Assembly (NCBI RefSeq): GCF_025526975.1
Contig: NW_026515701.1
Span: 1 to 64,000, forward strand
DNA: 64,000 nt
Direction: 5' to 3'
Source of the DNA: Fimicolochytrium jonesii
Taxonomy: Eukaryota
This document shows positions 35,505-47,421 of this stretch, piece after piece. Below the pieces are notes generated by a model. That model ran no database searches and had not been told where the DNA came from. It saw nothing but the letters and a program-made list of their open reading frames with translations. Made by a program: the position numbers and the translations under genes. Every line of letters begins with the position of its first letter. Position 1 is the stretch's first letter.

Positions 35505-38500
35505 ATGGAATATCGACAAACTTTCGGCGAGACTCACACCAAGCCGATTCTCTGTCTTCAATACAATCCGAACAGGAGGGAGATTTATTCAGGCGGTGAA
35601 GGTAGGCCAGTCTTTAGTTGTGTTTCATTCTGCCGATTCGATCTGATGTCCCATTTCCTTCCTTCAAGATGCCTTGATTCGAGTATTCGATGAGACCGGA
35701 AAACCATTGCAGACACTGGCGGAACACGCGGGATGGATTACCGGGCTTTGCTATTGGTACGCCAGCATCTCCTTTAGTTCCATGCTACGGGCGAGAAGCT
35801 GATGTCGCGAGAATGGAATAGCAAGGAGTACAAGACCCTGTTCTCATGCGCGATAGACGGGCTTCTGATTGCATGGGGGGCGAACGGGCGACCGATTCAG
35901 AAGATTGAGGTGAGACGCATATGCTCGCATATTCACGCCCAATCCCTACTCACCCTCTTTGAATCCTGTCAGACCGGCACTCCAATCTACTCCCTCGCCT
36001 ACAACTCCCGCCGTCAGCAAATCATGGTCGGTTGTAACAAAGAGGTCCGGGTATTCCATCTCGTCAGCCTTGATGAGAACCATGGGCCTGGGGGAGGCGC
36101 GGGTCCGTTGACCGACATAATCGAGCCGAAGGCAATTTCTTGTGCGGAGCATGTAGACATTGTGAGCTGCTTGGTTTCGTGTGAAGGACGGTTCTATTCT
36201 GCCGGGTATGGTGTGGATTTGTAGTCTCACGTTCCGGAGAAATGGTTAACATGTGGTTTGTATGGCCATAGATATGATCGGAAACTAGTGATCTACGATA
36301 TTCCACATCATGGAAATCTGAAATTGCGAGTGTCCTACGTGCTTCAGAACGCGCACGACGCTGCCATCTCGTGCATGATATACGGAAAAGATCCGGACAA
36401 CAGCTGGTAAGATCCTATTGGCCGGGTCTTTCGTTGCCGCCCATGAGGAATAATGCTAATGAACCGAAACTTCGTTCTTTCCACCTTCTAGGCTAATCAC
36501 AGGATCGTTTGACTGTTCAGTCAAGCTTTGGTCGCTCGATGGCAACCTGTTACAGCGATTTGATGGTTTGAGGTTTGCATCACACTGATCAATAACCTAA
36601 GCACGACGAGTCGACTGATGACAATCAAAGCGATACAGTCACGTCGCTTTGCTACGTCAATCCCACCCAAACGCTTTGGATAACCGCCAGCTCTCATGCG
36701 CCAATCATCTACGATCCCAAGAGCGGCATCAATGTGAGTTAAGGGTCATCTCGCCGGAATGATACTCGTCTGTCGTTCGCGCTCTCATCCGCTATCCACT
36801 GAACAGCCTCGTCTCATCCCCCAATGATAGGTGTCGGACTTTGTACGAACAGGAGACGAAAACGCCCCACATCAAATGGGAGGCTTGACGTACAAGCACC
36901 TATTATTCGTTCCAGAGGTCAATGAGGTGCTGGCTGCAACGAGCCGAAAGAGCATCGTGGTCTGGAAGTTCAATCCGTCTTCAGCTTTGACCGTGTTACC
37001 GGGGCATACAGATGTTGTGGAGTGTTTGACCTTCAGTGAGTTCTGCGATTTTGCGGAGACCCAGCTTACATGCTGCTGACAGGGTCATACCAAAATTTGC
37101 AGCTTCCAAGGAACCACTCCTGATCTTCAGTGGCGGGGATGATGGCGTCATTAGAAAGTGGGAAAGGTTACAACTGAATACGTTCATGTACAGGTGAGAG
37201 CGAAGGGCATATGGGAGCCCATGAGAAAGCCGTCTTTTATTAGGGCTCAAAACTCAGCTTTCCTCAACATGCAGCCAGGAGACCTTGATTCTTCCCAGTG
37301 AAGATCAGAAAGAGGAGGAACCGATGCTCTACACTTTCGCCAGACGCCCAGAAGAGCGTCGCAAAAAGCAAGCCGCGATGCATAAACGAATCGCAGCAAA
37401 ACTCCACATGTGGGAGCGCGGAGACTCGCAGACCGACGGCAGTTCCAAAGCAACTCTACTGTCACTCTCCAAGGCCGCACGCCGAACATTACGGAAAAAG
37501 GAATTCGAGACCAATTCTGGCGATAGGGCGCTGAAGGAGCATCGCCGACATATGGATGAGTTTGAGAGCGCTTCGGGGAGTCTGAAACGGAGAAGTGGGT
37601 CTGCCGGTGCCACGAATAATCCTGAGAAAGAACGAAGCAGTCATAAACCTGGGGTGATGTCCTTGTTGTATTATGAAGACTTAGATATGCTGATCTCGGG
37701 GTACGAGGATGCGAAGATCCGTAAGTTCACGAAAATACGTCTCGAGTTGCACTTTGTGGAAAACGTTCCTGATTTGAGTTTGCGATACAGATATCTGGGG
37801 CTACAACGAGGAGAATGTTCGTTTTGCTGCGGATGCCAATGATCCCAGCGCCGCCAACACGAATAGAAACAATGAAAAGGAGCTTGCGGATGGCGTAGAA
37901 AGCACCTTAATAGCAGAGGGGGCCGTATCCAACCGCGTGGCGGGAATGTCCCTAAAGTACACATTGGAAGACCACAAGGACGCCGTCTCAGGGCTTGCGT
38001 GCTTTCAGCGAGATGGAACGCACTGGTTGGTAAGTTAAACGACAGAGCTGCGCCATTCATCCCTGAAACATCTCTAGAACCTCTAGAACGCAATAGCTAA
38101 GTGCAGGCTTCGATCGCCGGATTTGCATCTGGGAATACAATCCCATCGTCGGCGTTTTCCAAAAGCGAGACGTCTTCCGCAATGCCCAACAAGGCTTCGG
38201 CAAAGAAGAGCTAGCCGCTGATGGAATCATACTGGACCTCGAATACGCGCCGGAGCGCAACGAGTTTGCCTACGCTTCGGCCGATAAGTTGGCGTACATC
38301 CGAAAGTTCTCGCAGAAAGGTTCAGAAATGCTGCTACAAGTCGTATTGCAAGGACATGAAGCTGAAGTCAATCAGGTATGCTAGCCTCGCCTGCTCGCAG
38401 CAAATGCTTTCTGTGTTTGCATAGGGGCCGAAGCTCATGAATCCGGTCCCACAAGGTCAAATGGTGCCGGAAGTATCAGCACTGGATTACAGCCTCCGAA

Positions 38501-39476
38501 GATCGCACGATTCGTATATGGCCGGCCGAAGGGATTCCTTGCACGCGAATCATAAACAACGATGCGCCCGTGACAGCCTTATGCGTAGATCTGATCAACG
38601 GAAGCATCGTCGCCGGGATGAGAGACAAAACCATTCGGGTGTTTGACCCGGAAAAGGGGGAGCTGGTGCAGAAGAACGTAGGACATACGGATGAAGTGAG
38701 GCGGGTAATTCACATCCCGGCGAGGAATCAGGCAAGCACATGGCTTTTGTTGTAAAATGTGCTAATTCAATCATCACTCATCCTCTTGCCCTTTTCAGTA
38801 TGTATCTGCGTCATGGGATAACACAGTTCGCATGTGGAATGGTGAGAGTCGCCGCGGTTTCATATCCTATCATCTTGCGAGTCTGAAGCTCATGGAACTG
38901 CTTGCGATTTAGCCCACATGAAGAAAGGTCAACCACGATCGGTAGCCAAGCCAGCCGAGGCCACATTTGCTGGGATATTTGACGAGCCTGAAGAAGGGGT
39001 TGGTACCACCTTCATTCGTACGTGGCATACTCACTTTCTCAACAACCTTGCATTCTACGTAGCCTGTATCCTCGTATGCAGATACAAACCCTCTCGTTCG
39101 CCCTATTCTCCTCTCCCGGCCCGTATTCATGCCAGGTTTAACAGCAGATTCCACGGCAGGGTCAAATGATGACCCAGAGCGGCTACTGGTGAGTCTTCGG
39201 GTTCTCTCCTCGCAGGACTCCATCCATTTTCTAATGATTCCGATGTCCAGCTAGAGCAAGCACGCCTACAGGAGGATCTCCGTTCAACATTCAACATACT
39301 TGAAACAACATTGCAAAATCAGGTTAGTGCTGAATCGGGCAAATTGTACTTCAATGGTTTGGCTGTTTACATTTTGTTAGGACGCACAAAATCGGAAGAA
39401 GGTGCACACGAAGCCACCACTCTCAAACGTCCCAACGGCTACGAATCGAGCGCCGTCGGCGACTCTTGCCCAGTAG
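35505..39476 (+). CDS. Large WD40-repeat protein (many exons)
   Basis: Multiple GH...WD-like repeats (GHTDVVECL, ISGYEDAKI, GHEAEVNQ, GHTDEVRRV, SASWDNTVRMWN). Includes a GC-AG intron at 38732-38798. Confidence 0.85.
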
Positions 39477-39534
39477 TGCCCATCTTCCTGTACATATCTA
39501 TATATCTATTATAATAATCTATAGGTCTTCCGCC

Positions 39535-40487
39535 CTAATACAAGCATATCTCGGCAGATTCCGCTTTGTCGCGGATGTGGCGAAGAAGGGTAAAATTGTC
39601 CATTTTCAGCTCAGGTACGTCGAATATGCCTCGTTGTTTCTGGTCTTTGAACGTGGAGTCAGCGATCACATACTTCAGATCGTCCAGCTTGAGAGCGCCT
39701 GGATGAGAAATCGGCGACGAGTCAGTTGAGCTCGTCAGATTGAACAGCCCTCGCTTTTGACCTACCATCCTCAATCAGCTTCAACACTCGGTTTGGCGTA
39801 CCGACTGCGATAGGGAATCTATCTTTCGAAAGTGCATCCACTTGGTCTTTCAACTTCAGATGTTTGGCAAACAGCTTCGCGACTTTGCATTCTCCCACTT
39901 TACGCATGAGCCGTGCAACGTTCACCGCCCTGATGGCAGAGGCAGAAAGCACTATTACTGCGGGAGATCCTACGGCGATCTTGGGGTCTTGTGTGAAAAG
40001 TTTTGCTGCTGATTTTGCAAATACTAGACGTTTGGAGAAACGGGTGAGCTCCATGCACGGGGGTGGCCCGGTGAGCTCCGACTGACAAAACGAACGTACA
40101 ATAATCCCTGATGAACTCGGCAAAGTGCTCGTCTCCCGTTTTCTCGAACTTCCGACAGTCCTTTAGAGGAATGCCTTCTTCCTCCAACACCTTTCTTGGG
40201 TCCAAGCTCCAATCCTTCTTTTGCTTCTTTGGTCTGTCTTTATGGTCCTTCTTCTTCTTCTTCGGAGCAGTCTCTTCCGCTGCTGTTGTTGTGTCCTTCT
40301 CCTCCAGTGGTTCCTCTGAAGCCTTCCTTTTGCGGCTCACAGGTGTGGTGTCCTGCTCCCCGTCGTCCTCAAGGTCTGCCGGCGCGACTTCTTCCTCGTC
40401 GCTGTCGCCAGCAACAAAGTCATTCAGATACTCGTCGCCTTCAAGGGCGTCGGCCGAAGCTCCTGTGTGTTCTGTGCGGTTCGCCAT
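39535..40487 (-). CDS. CMS1: Cms1/CMSS1 90S pre-ribosome factor
   Basis: Acidic/basic N-terminus, GSPAVIVLSASAIRA, VAKLFAKHLKLKDQ, IAVGTPNRV, DSTFKDQKQR. Confidence 0.9.
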
Positions 40488-40665
40488 AACTGCAGTGCTG
40501 TGTAGAAAAGGAATGGGTCCAGAGGGAAAAAGGAGAGCCTGGGAAATTGTGAGTTGGTTCCAACTCCCCGTAAACCAGTAGGACTGAGTAGGATACTGTA
40601 CGGCACGTGTAAAACGGTGTCTTTCTCGCTTTTCAACCTCAGCATACCTGTAGTCGGATGTCATT

Positions 40666-43212
40666 ATGCGCACCGTTACGAGCAAGGCTGACCTTGGTAA
40701 GAGCGCATTGTTTGAAGTGTCCTTGCGAGAAACGCACAACTGAAGTTCCTTTCCGTCGGCATTACGGTGTCATCTTGGCGGTCAGACAGGACCCGACTGC
40801 AGGTCGTGCTGTGTATTCTCGCGACGTTCCTCCTGGGTACCCCGATCTGGTGGAAGACAACGGAGGTCCACAGGGCGCCGCTTCCGGTGAAAAAAATAAA
40901 AGCTTGGGTGTTACCAGAGGTAGATATAGGAAGACGATGGCGGAGGTGCATACTTGTTGGAGACGACGGCCTCGGACTCGAGAGCACATATTCCCACGGC
41001 GTCAGCATTACACTACTCGCACCAACATAACGGAGGCTATGTGTCATCAAATAGGCTCTACGACTAGCTTTCAACATAAACATAGCTCTCAAGTTCCAAG
41101 AGCATCCATATGCATCCGACTCCAGCAAGAGGCGAAACGTGGAAGCCATCGCAAAGGACGTGACGGAGCAGCTAGACAAGTTATATAGCGTATTCCAGCC
41201 GAATGGGGCCCGCGATGTTGCCAACGAGGGGGCTCAAGTGGCAAACGAAACAGACGCGGACGCGGGTGGCGAAGGTCCGGCAGCCAAGCCAGAGGTTTCT
41301 ATCACGTTTTCTGTGAAGCCACAAGTAGACGCATCGCCAGCTTCTGCCGGCGAGGGATATATCGTTATAGTCTCATGCGTGTCAGAGACGGAGTCGCAGG
41401 AGACGAGTCAGATCTCAATTGAGGCAGATCGAACGGCGCGTATTACCCTTGACCAATGCACCGATGATGGTATGGCGCTTTGCAGTTTCCGCTCAGATCG
41501 TCAACGAACTAATCAGCGAGATGTCTTCCGTTGTCAGCCTTGACTACGAGTACTCTAGTGGCCACGATAGGCGGCCTCTTTGCGGACGAGCAAATGACAT
41601 ATAAGCAAATGTCAAGTCCTACCAGCCGATCGTCCACTTTTCATGTAAGTGCTAAAGTGCTCCGAAGTCCTACCGCGCCGACGTTTACTCAGCAAGGGCA
41701 CCATATGAAACTCACTAGGCCGAGTGGGATAATATGCGAACAATGAAATACGCCGCTCAGTATCAAGTGACATTTAGTCTGTTAGTCGCGAATCCATCCG
41801 ACTTCTTAGTCAGTTGGGACATCCAGGATGCTGTAAATGGTTAGTTCCCCACGCGGCGTTGGTGGATGGCATACCAGTCCAGAACACAGTCTTACACATT
41901 CCTGGTTACAGCGTACATCGATCCGCTGTTCGATGCATTGTCCGACATATCAGACTTCGACGTTCATTCGCAAATTCAGAACTATGCGACATTGCCAGTC
42001 ACACCAGAGATTGTGGAGAAAGATGGGCGGAAGCTACATATTCTGAAGCCCAGCGTTCTGCCTAGATTTATCAACTCCGCGGAATGGACTCTGGGTGGGC
42101 ACATTCTTGCTGTAACATATGGCATGCCTATTCCGCTCATTCGTCTGCTCTGTAGCTTCCGTGGTGTCCACGGCACCTCCGTTGAATCATATCTTGTACA
42201 TCCCGTCTCTCGAGCAGTCGCCTTTGCAGCTTGTGAAAGATAATGGTAAGAGGTGGCCTGTCCTTCAAATCTATGCCGCACTCCTAATCGATATCGTAGG
42301 CGAACCCCTTTCGACAAACGCCTTCCTCATGCCTCGTTGGGGAGGTGTTGTCATTCAGAACCCGGAGGTCCGCGGAAAGGGCTCGCGCATCCACCTGAAT
42401 GCAACCTCGTTGCACCCATTCATGGAGGTAGCGGTCGCGCACCTTCGTGACTTGCTTGGCGTCAAGAAAGTGAGGATACCGAACGCCGACTCAGTTCTGG
42501 TAGGTTCACCGACATTATGCAACCTGAAGAGATTATGCCCTGACTTGCGCAAATTTCCAGCCTGAGATCTCGTCCATCGTGTACGCATCAGCGCCTTTGA
42601 CGGGTTTGACTCAGTGGGAGCATGGCCGCTTGGTGCGATGGCGGACAGTGCAAAACATGGTGGATGCCATCGACACTTTGAACTCGCTCTCCAACCTGAT
42701 CGAGCGGTTAGAGAGTATGGTGGTCCTCGACGACATTCAGTCGCAGGTAAAGTGGGGCTCTCTCATTGATGCCTCACTTGAGTATTGTAGACATTCTAAA
42801 GCTCGCTACCCGTTCGCAGGTCGTTCAAGCTCTCCAATCTCTACGTGAAGCGCATAAAACCCTCTCCCAATCTCATACACCATCCGAGTATACCCTGGCC
42901 TTGCAGCACTCCAAAAAAGCCACCGTCCTCGCCTCAAAGGCGTTCTTCGATCCCACCATGCTCGCGATGCTTTACTTTCCAGACGAGCACAAATACGCGG
43001 TATATATGCCACTATTTGTCCCAATTTCGGTGCCGGTTCTTGTCGCAGCTATGAAGGAGCTCAAGAGGGCTTTAAAACGTCGTAAGGCGAAGAGAGCGGG
43101 AAGAGCCGGGAAAGAGACGGGAGGGGGGAATTCGCCAGCGATTGGTTTGGATGGTCCGGATATGGATGCCGACGAGGAGGATGGGGCCGAAAAGGAGAAC
43201 AAGGAGGAATAG
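40666..43212 (+). CDS. GPI17: GPI transamidase subunit PIG-S (multi-exon)
   Basis: LGTPIWWKTTEVHRAPLP, NAFLMPRWGGVVI, AFFDPTMLAMLYFPDEHKYAVYMPLFVP. Start exon inferred. Confidence 0.93.
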
Positions 43213-43323
43213 ATATTTTCGATGTCCGCCGATTACACAAGCCCGCTGATGATTTGATTCACTTGAGTTCTACTCATGACGGTGTAATTGACCTACGGCG
43301 CTCCTTATGGCGGTGGTTCGTAA

Positions 43324-43869
43324 TCAAGCAATCAGTGCCGCCCAAGGGTCCTCTGTGAAGGACTTCTTGTAAAACCCCTCCTCCCCATCAGAATCGGTGA
43401 TAGTGATTCCCTTCTCGCCTTTCCATCGTGGAGTTCTATTGTGATTAGCCCCGTATCCCCCGCCGTTGTTTTGTGAATGGGAGTTCCACTGATCCGTTCT
43501 GCGGCGCTATAATCATTGTGACCATACTCAGTCAACGGGTATGGACAGCTCACATGCGGGTACCGACATTACCTTGTTCGAGCCATCTTGCTGCCCTCTC
43601 CAGCCGCCACGGCCCCTCCCCCTTCCACTAGCTGCGTCCTTTTCTGGTTGCTGGTGCCACCCTTCGCCTCCAACGGTATCCTGCTGCTTGTAGTACCGAT
43701 TTGCTTGCCCACCACGGTTGTTCCCTCCGCGCCATCCTCCGCGATTGTTCCCTCTGCCTCGCCCGTTCCAACCGCCGCGAAAATTGGTTTGCTGTCCCTG
43801 CCCTTCAGCGTTATCCCCACCGCTCTGCAGGGTGTTTGTTGAGGAAGGTGGTCCGTATTCGCTTTCCAT
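43324..43869 (-). CDS. RGG-rich protein with an MPLKIP/TTDN1-like C-terminal motif (2 exons, 159 aa)
   Basis: Exon 43869-43573, GT-AG intron 43572-43507, exon 43506-43324 ending GFYKKSFTEDPWAALIA*. Confidence 0.75.
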
Positions 43870-44010
43870 CTTTCCGAAGTTTTTCGCTGATGTTGCAGAA
43901 TGCCCTGGTGGAAGTGGAAGGCCAAACGCGGGGGGAAAGCCGAAGTTGAAGTTCCCAAATAGTGAGAAACCCAAACAACCCAAACCAACCGCAGACACCA
44001 CCTATATACG

Positions 44011-45488
44011 ATGACAAGCGACAGCAAAGTCTGTACGGCCTGTGGAAGCCCCTCCAAGTTGCGCTGCCCGACATGTATGAAGCTCAACATCGTCGACGGC
44101 TCTCACTTCTGCAGTCAGGACTGCTTCAAGGCGAGTTGGGGAACCCATAAAGCCATCCACCAAACGGCCGCAGCTGCCGTATCTAATGGGAGTAAGTCAT
44201 CTAAACTCTAGCGCCCGAGGACTTGTGTGAATGCTTCTAACCTCTCTGATATTCCGTAGCGGTGAATGTCTTCAATCCATGGCCGTCTTTCCGCTACACC
44301 GGGAAAATGCGCCCTGTCTACCCGCTGTCGCCGACCCGCTCAGTTCCCGACAATATCCCGAAACCGGACTATGCAGCCGATGGGAAACCTTGGAGTGAGC
44401 TGGCGCTCAAAGGGAGCACGCAAATAGAAGTTCTGACCCCTGACGAGATCGAGAAGATGCGGGTTGCTTGCAGGGTGAGCCTTCTCAACCTCCTGGGACA
44501 TGTTGGAGATCAGGCATGACGGAGATACTCTGCATTGGCTCTGACACCAATACACCCGCTGCAGATATCGAGGGAAGTTCTCAACGAGGGTAGAAAGGCA
44601 GTCAAGGTTGGAGCAACGACGGACGAAATCGACCGTGTTGTGCACGAGGCTTGCATTGGTAGGTGTGGAAGGTTACGTTAAGTCTTCCATCACCTTGCTT
44701 ATGCCTTTGTTCCCAGAACGAGGAGCATATCCCTCTCCTCTCAACTACTATGGCTTCCCCAAATCGTGCTGCACATCCGTCAACGAAGTGATTTGCCACG
44801 GTATCCCGGACCGGTACGAAATTCAGGATGGAGATATCGTCAACTTGGATGTGTCCTGCATGTACGATGGGTTCCATGGCGATTTGAACGAGACCTACTG
44901 TGTCGGCAATGTGGATGACAGGGGACGACAGCTCGTTGCTAACACGAGAGCGTGTTTAGATAAGGCTATTGCTGCTGGTGAGTGGGGAGTCTCCATATCC
45001 GCATGGGCAAAGTTATCGCTGTCACCATTTCGTCTCACCCAATATTTTACGAACAACAGTGAAGCCTGGCGTGCTCTACCGTGACATGGGCAACATCATC
45101 CAAAAGGTTGCTCAGGCCGAAGGCTTCTCCGTCGTCCGTGCCTACTGCGGTCATGGAATCCACCGATACTTCCACACTACCCCGAACGTGCCACATTATG
45201 CCAAAAACAAGGCTGTGGGAGTCATGAAGCCTGGACATACGGTATGATTACCCGTGTTGACTTGTGCGCGTTGCCCACTCGGAAACTTCCGGCTTCTGAC
45301 CCTCCTCTCGGTTTATTTATCAGTTCACGATCGAGCCCATGATCTCGGAAGGGACATGGCACGACGAGCAGTGGCCAGACAGTTGGACGGCCGTCACAAA
45401 GGACGGGAAGCGATCCGCACAATTCGAGGAGACGCTTCTCGTGACTGAGACGGGTTGCGAGCTCCTTACGGGTGACTTTACGAAATAG
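44011..45488 (+). CDS. MAP1: Methionine aminopeptidase 1 with N-terminal zinc finger
   Basis: C-x2-C...CPTC...[55 protein letters not shown]. Confidence 0.96.
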
Positions 45489-45800
45489 ATCCTGTTCGAA
45501 TCTGCCTCCACCCACTATTTGCATACATGAGTAGATCTATGACTATTTATGATTGAGAAGATGATCATCATCATCACCATCCCTTTCCTTTCCTGTCTCC
45601 GACGTGGTCACTCCTCACACCAAGCAACGCTTAATTCTGCCGGTCGCGAGTGCGAGGGAAACCAAACGCGCAAGGTCCCACGCAAAGCTTTGTTTCTTGT
45701 CACCGATGGTGACAAACGCGTGCGGGCCTTCACTTGCTCTTGCTTTTTACGCAAGAGCAACTTGCTTTCCACCTTTCGCGTACGTAGTAAGTCACTTACA

Positions 45801-47238
45801 ATGCGTAAATCAGCGGCTCGCGAGCGCACCTACGACGTCTCATCCATCACCTCCCTTACCGTCGAGAAGCATAGTCCTCTGACGTACGAAACATGGGACC
45901 TCGGAAACCGGCCCACCGAAATACTCCACCTCCCGCATAGGGAAGGGAAAAAGATGCGAGCCGTTGTGCTCATGATACCAGGTTCGTGGAGAAGCATAGT
46001 CCTCTGACGTACGAAACATGGGACCTCGGAAACCGGCATCGTAGGATACCGTCGAGAAGCATAGTCCTCTGACGTACGAAACATGGGACCTCGGAAACCG
46101 GCTTCGTAGGATACCGTCGAGAAGCACAGTCCTCTGACGTACGAAACATGAACCTCGGAAACCGGCATCGTCTCGAAACTTTTTGTATTGGCGCTCGATG
46201 TATTTATGTTCGTCTTTTCACCAGGAAACCCTGGTCTCGTTGAGTACTATGAGGAGTTCCTCCGCCGTCTTCATCAAGCCTTGAAAGGGGAAATGACGTT
46301 CTTAGGAGCTTCCCACCTTGGGCACTCCGCCGCCGTCCGGACGATTGGGAAACTATATTCCGTGAAAGAGCAGGTGGAACACAAGCTGCAGCTTCTCGAT
46401 GAGGTTGAGCGGCGGTACGGGCGCGATACAAAGGTGGTGCTGATCGGTCATTCATTTGGCGCTTGGGTCAATATCGAGGTACGAATAGCGTATGCACCTT
46501 GAAGATCCCACGCGAAAGAATGGAAACCTCAATCGGTGAAACACAGATACTCAAAGCACGCCCCGATGCGAATGTCGTGAAGGTATTCGAACTGTTTCCG
46601 GCGATCATGAAGATCAGGGCAAGTCCGCAAGGCCGGATATTCAGTGTAAGTGCTTGCAACAAACGATGCGCGGCAAGAGCTGTGCCACATCTTACCAGCT
46701 TGGACCTCAGTTATTCGACTGGCCCCTTATTCGTACAGTCCCGGCTCTCCTGGTCGGATCGATCCGCTTCGTGGCTCAACCTTTTCCCAAACTTCTCAAT
46801 TCTCTGGTCTCCACATTCTCTCGAAACCACAAAACCCCTCGCGAGGTTAGCACAACAGTCGAACGGTTTTTGCATTACTCGACCGTTTCCAATGCAATGC
46901 ATCTGGCGTCGGATGAGATGAGGACAATAGATGAACTGGATGTAGAGACGATACAGAAGCATGCGGAGAAGTTTGTGATGTACTATGGGGCCGGGGATCA
47001 CTGGGTGCCGCAATCGCAGTATGAGGAGATGAAAAACAAGTTTCCAAATGGTAAGTGCTTTGGAGGATGAGAGATTACGTCGCGGAATTCCGGATGTTAA
47101 CTCTCTCCCTCTGTCCCCCCTTGTTTAGTCACCGTTCATTTGTGTGAGGACAATATTCCGCACTCGTTTTGCCTCGGCTACTCGGACGTCATGGCGGAAA
47201 AAGTTGCGAAGTGGCTAAGGACGGCGTTGGGAGGATGA
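45801..47238 (+). CDS. Lipid droplet-associated hydrolase (LDAH/DUF2305 alpha/beta hydrolase)
   Basis: MIPG|NPGLVEYY, nucleophile motif GHSFG, DHWVP and IPHSFC. Confidence 0.9.
45985..46166 (+). repeat. Three 65-bp-period tandem copies of exon-1 sequence inside intron 1
   Basis: GTCGAGAAGCATAGTCCTCTGACGTACGAAACATGGGACCTCGGAAACCGGC at 45861 (exon), and near-identical copies at 45986, 46051 and 46116 (intron 45982-46224). Confidence 0.97.
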
Positions 47239-47421
47239 TATTTCGATTTTGCAGGTATTCATAGATCTCTTTGTAGCGTTCTTACTCGTGTAACTTTTGT
47301 AGGGTTCCATATATACACGTGGTATAGCGGATTCGCAACGGGAGTAGCGGATTCGCATGACTTTTGTAACTATGCACAATAATTATACTAAAGGTCTTGA
47401 GAAAGGAGGTCGTCGCCGCAT

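Noticed and set aside
43270..43330. tRNA suggested by GGTTCG
   Set aside because: No cloverleaf or acceptor stem could be formed.
45857..46166. CRISPR-like array
   Set aside because: The long units copy a host exon, the linkers are short and near-identical rather than unique spacers, there are no cas genes, and the context is eukaryotic.
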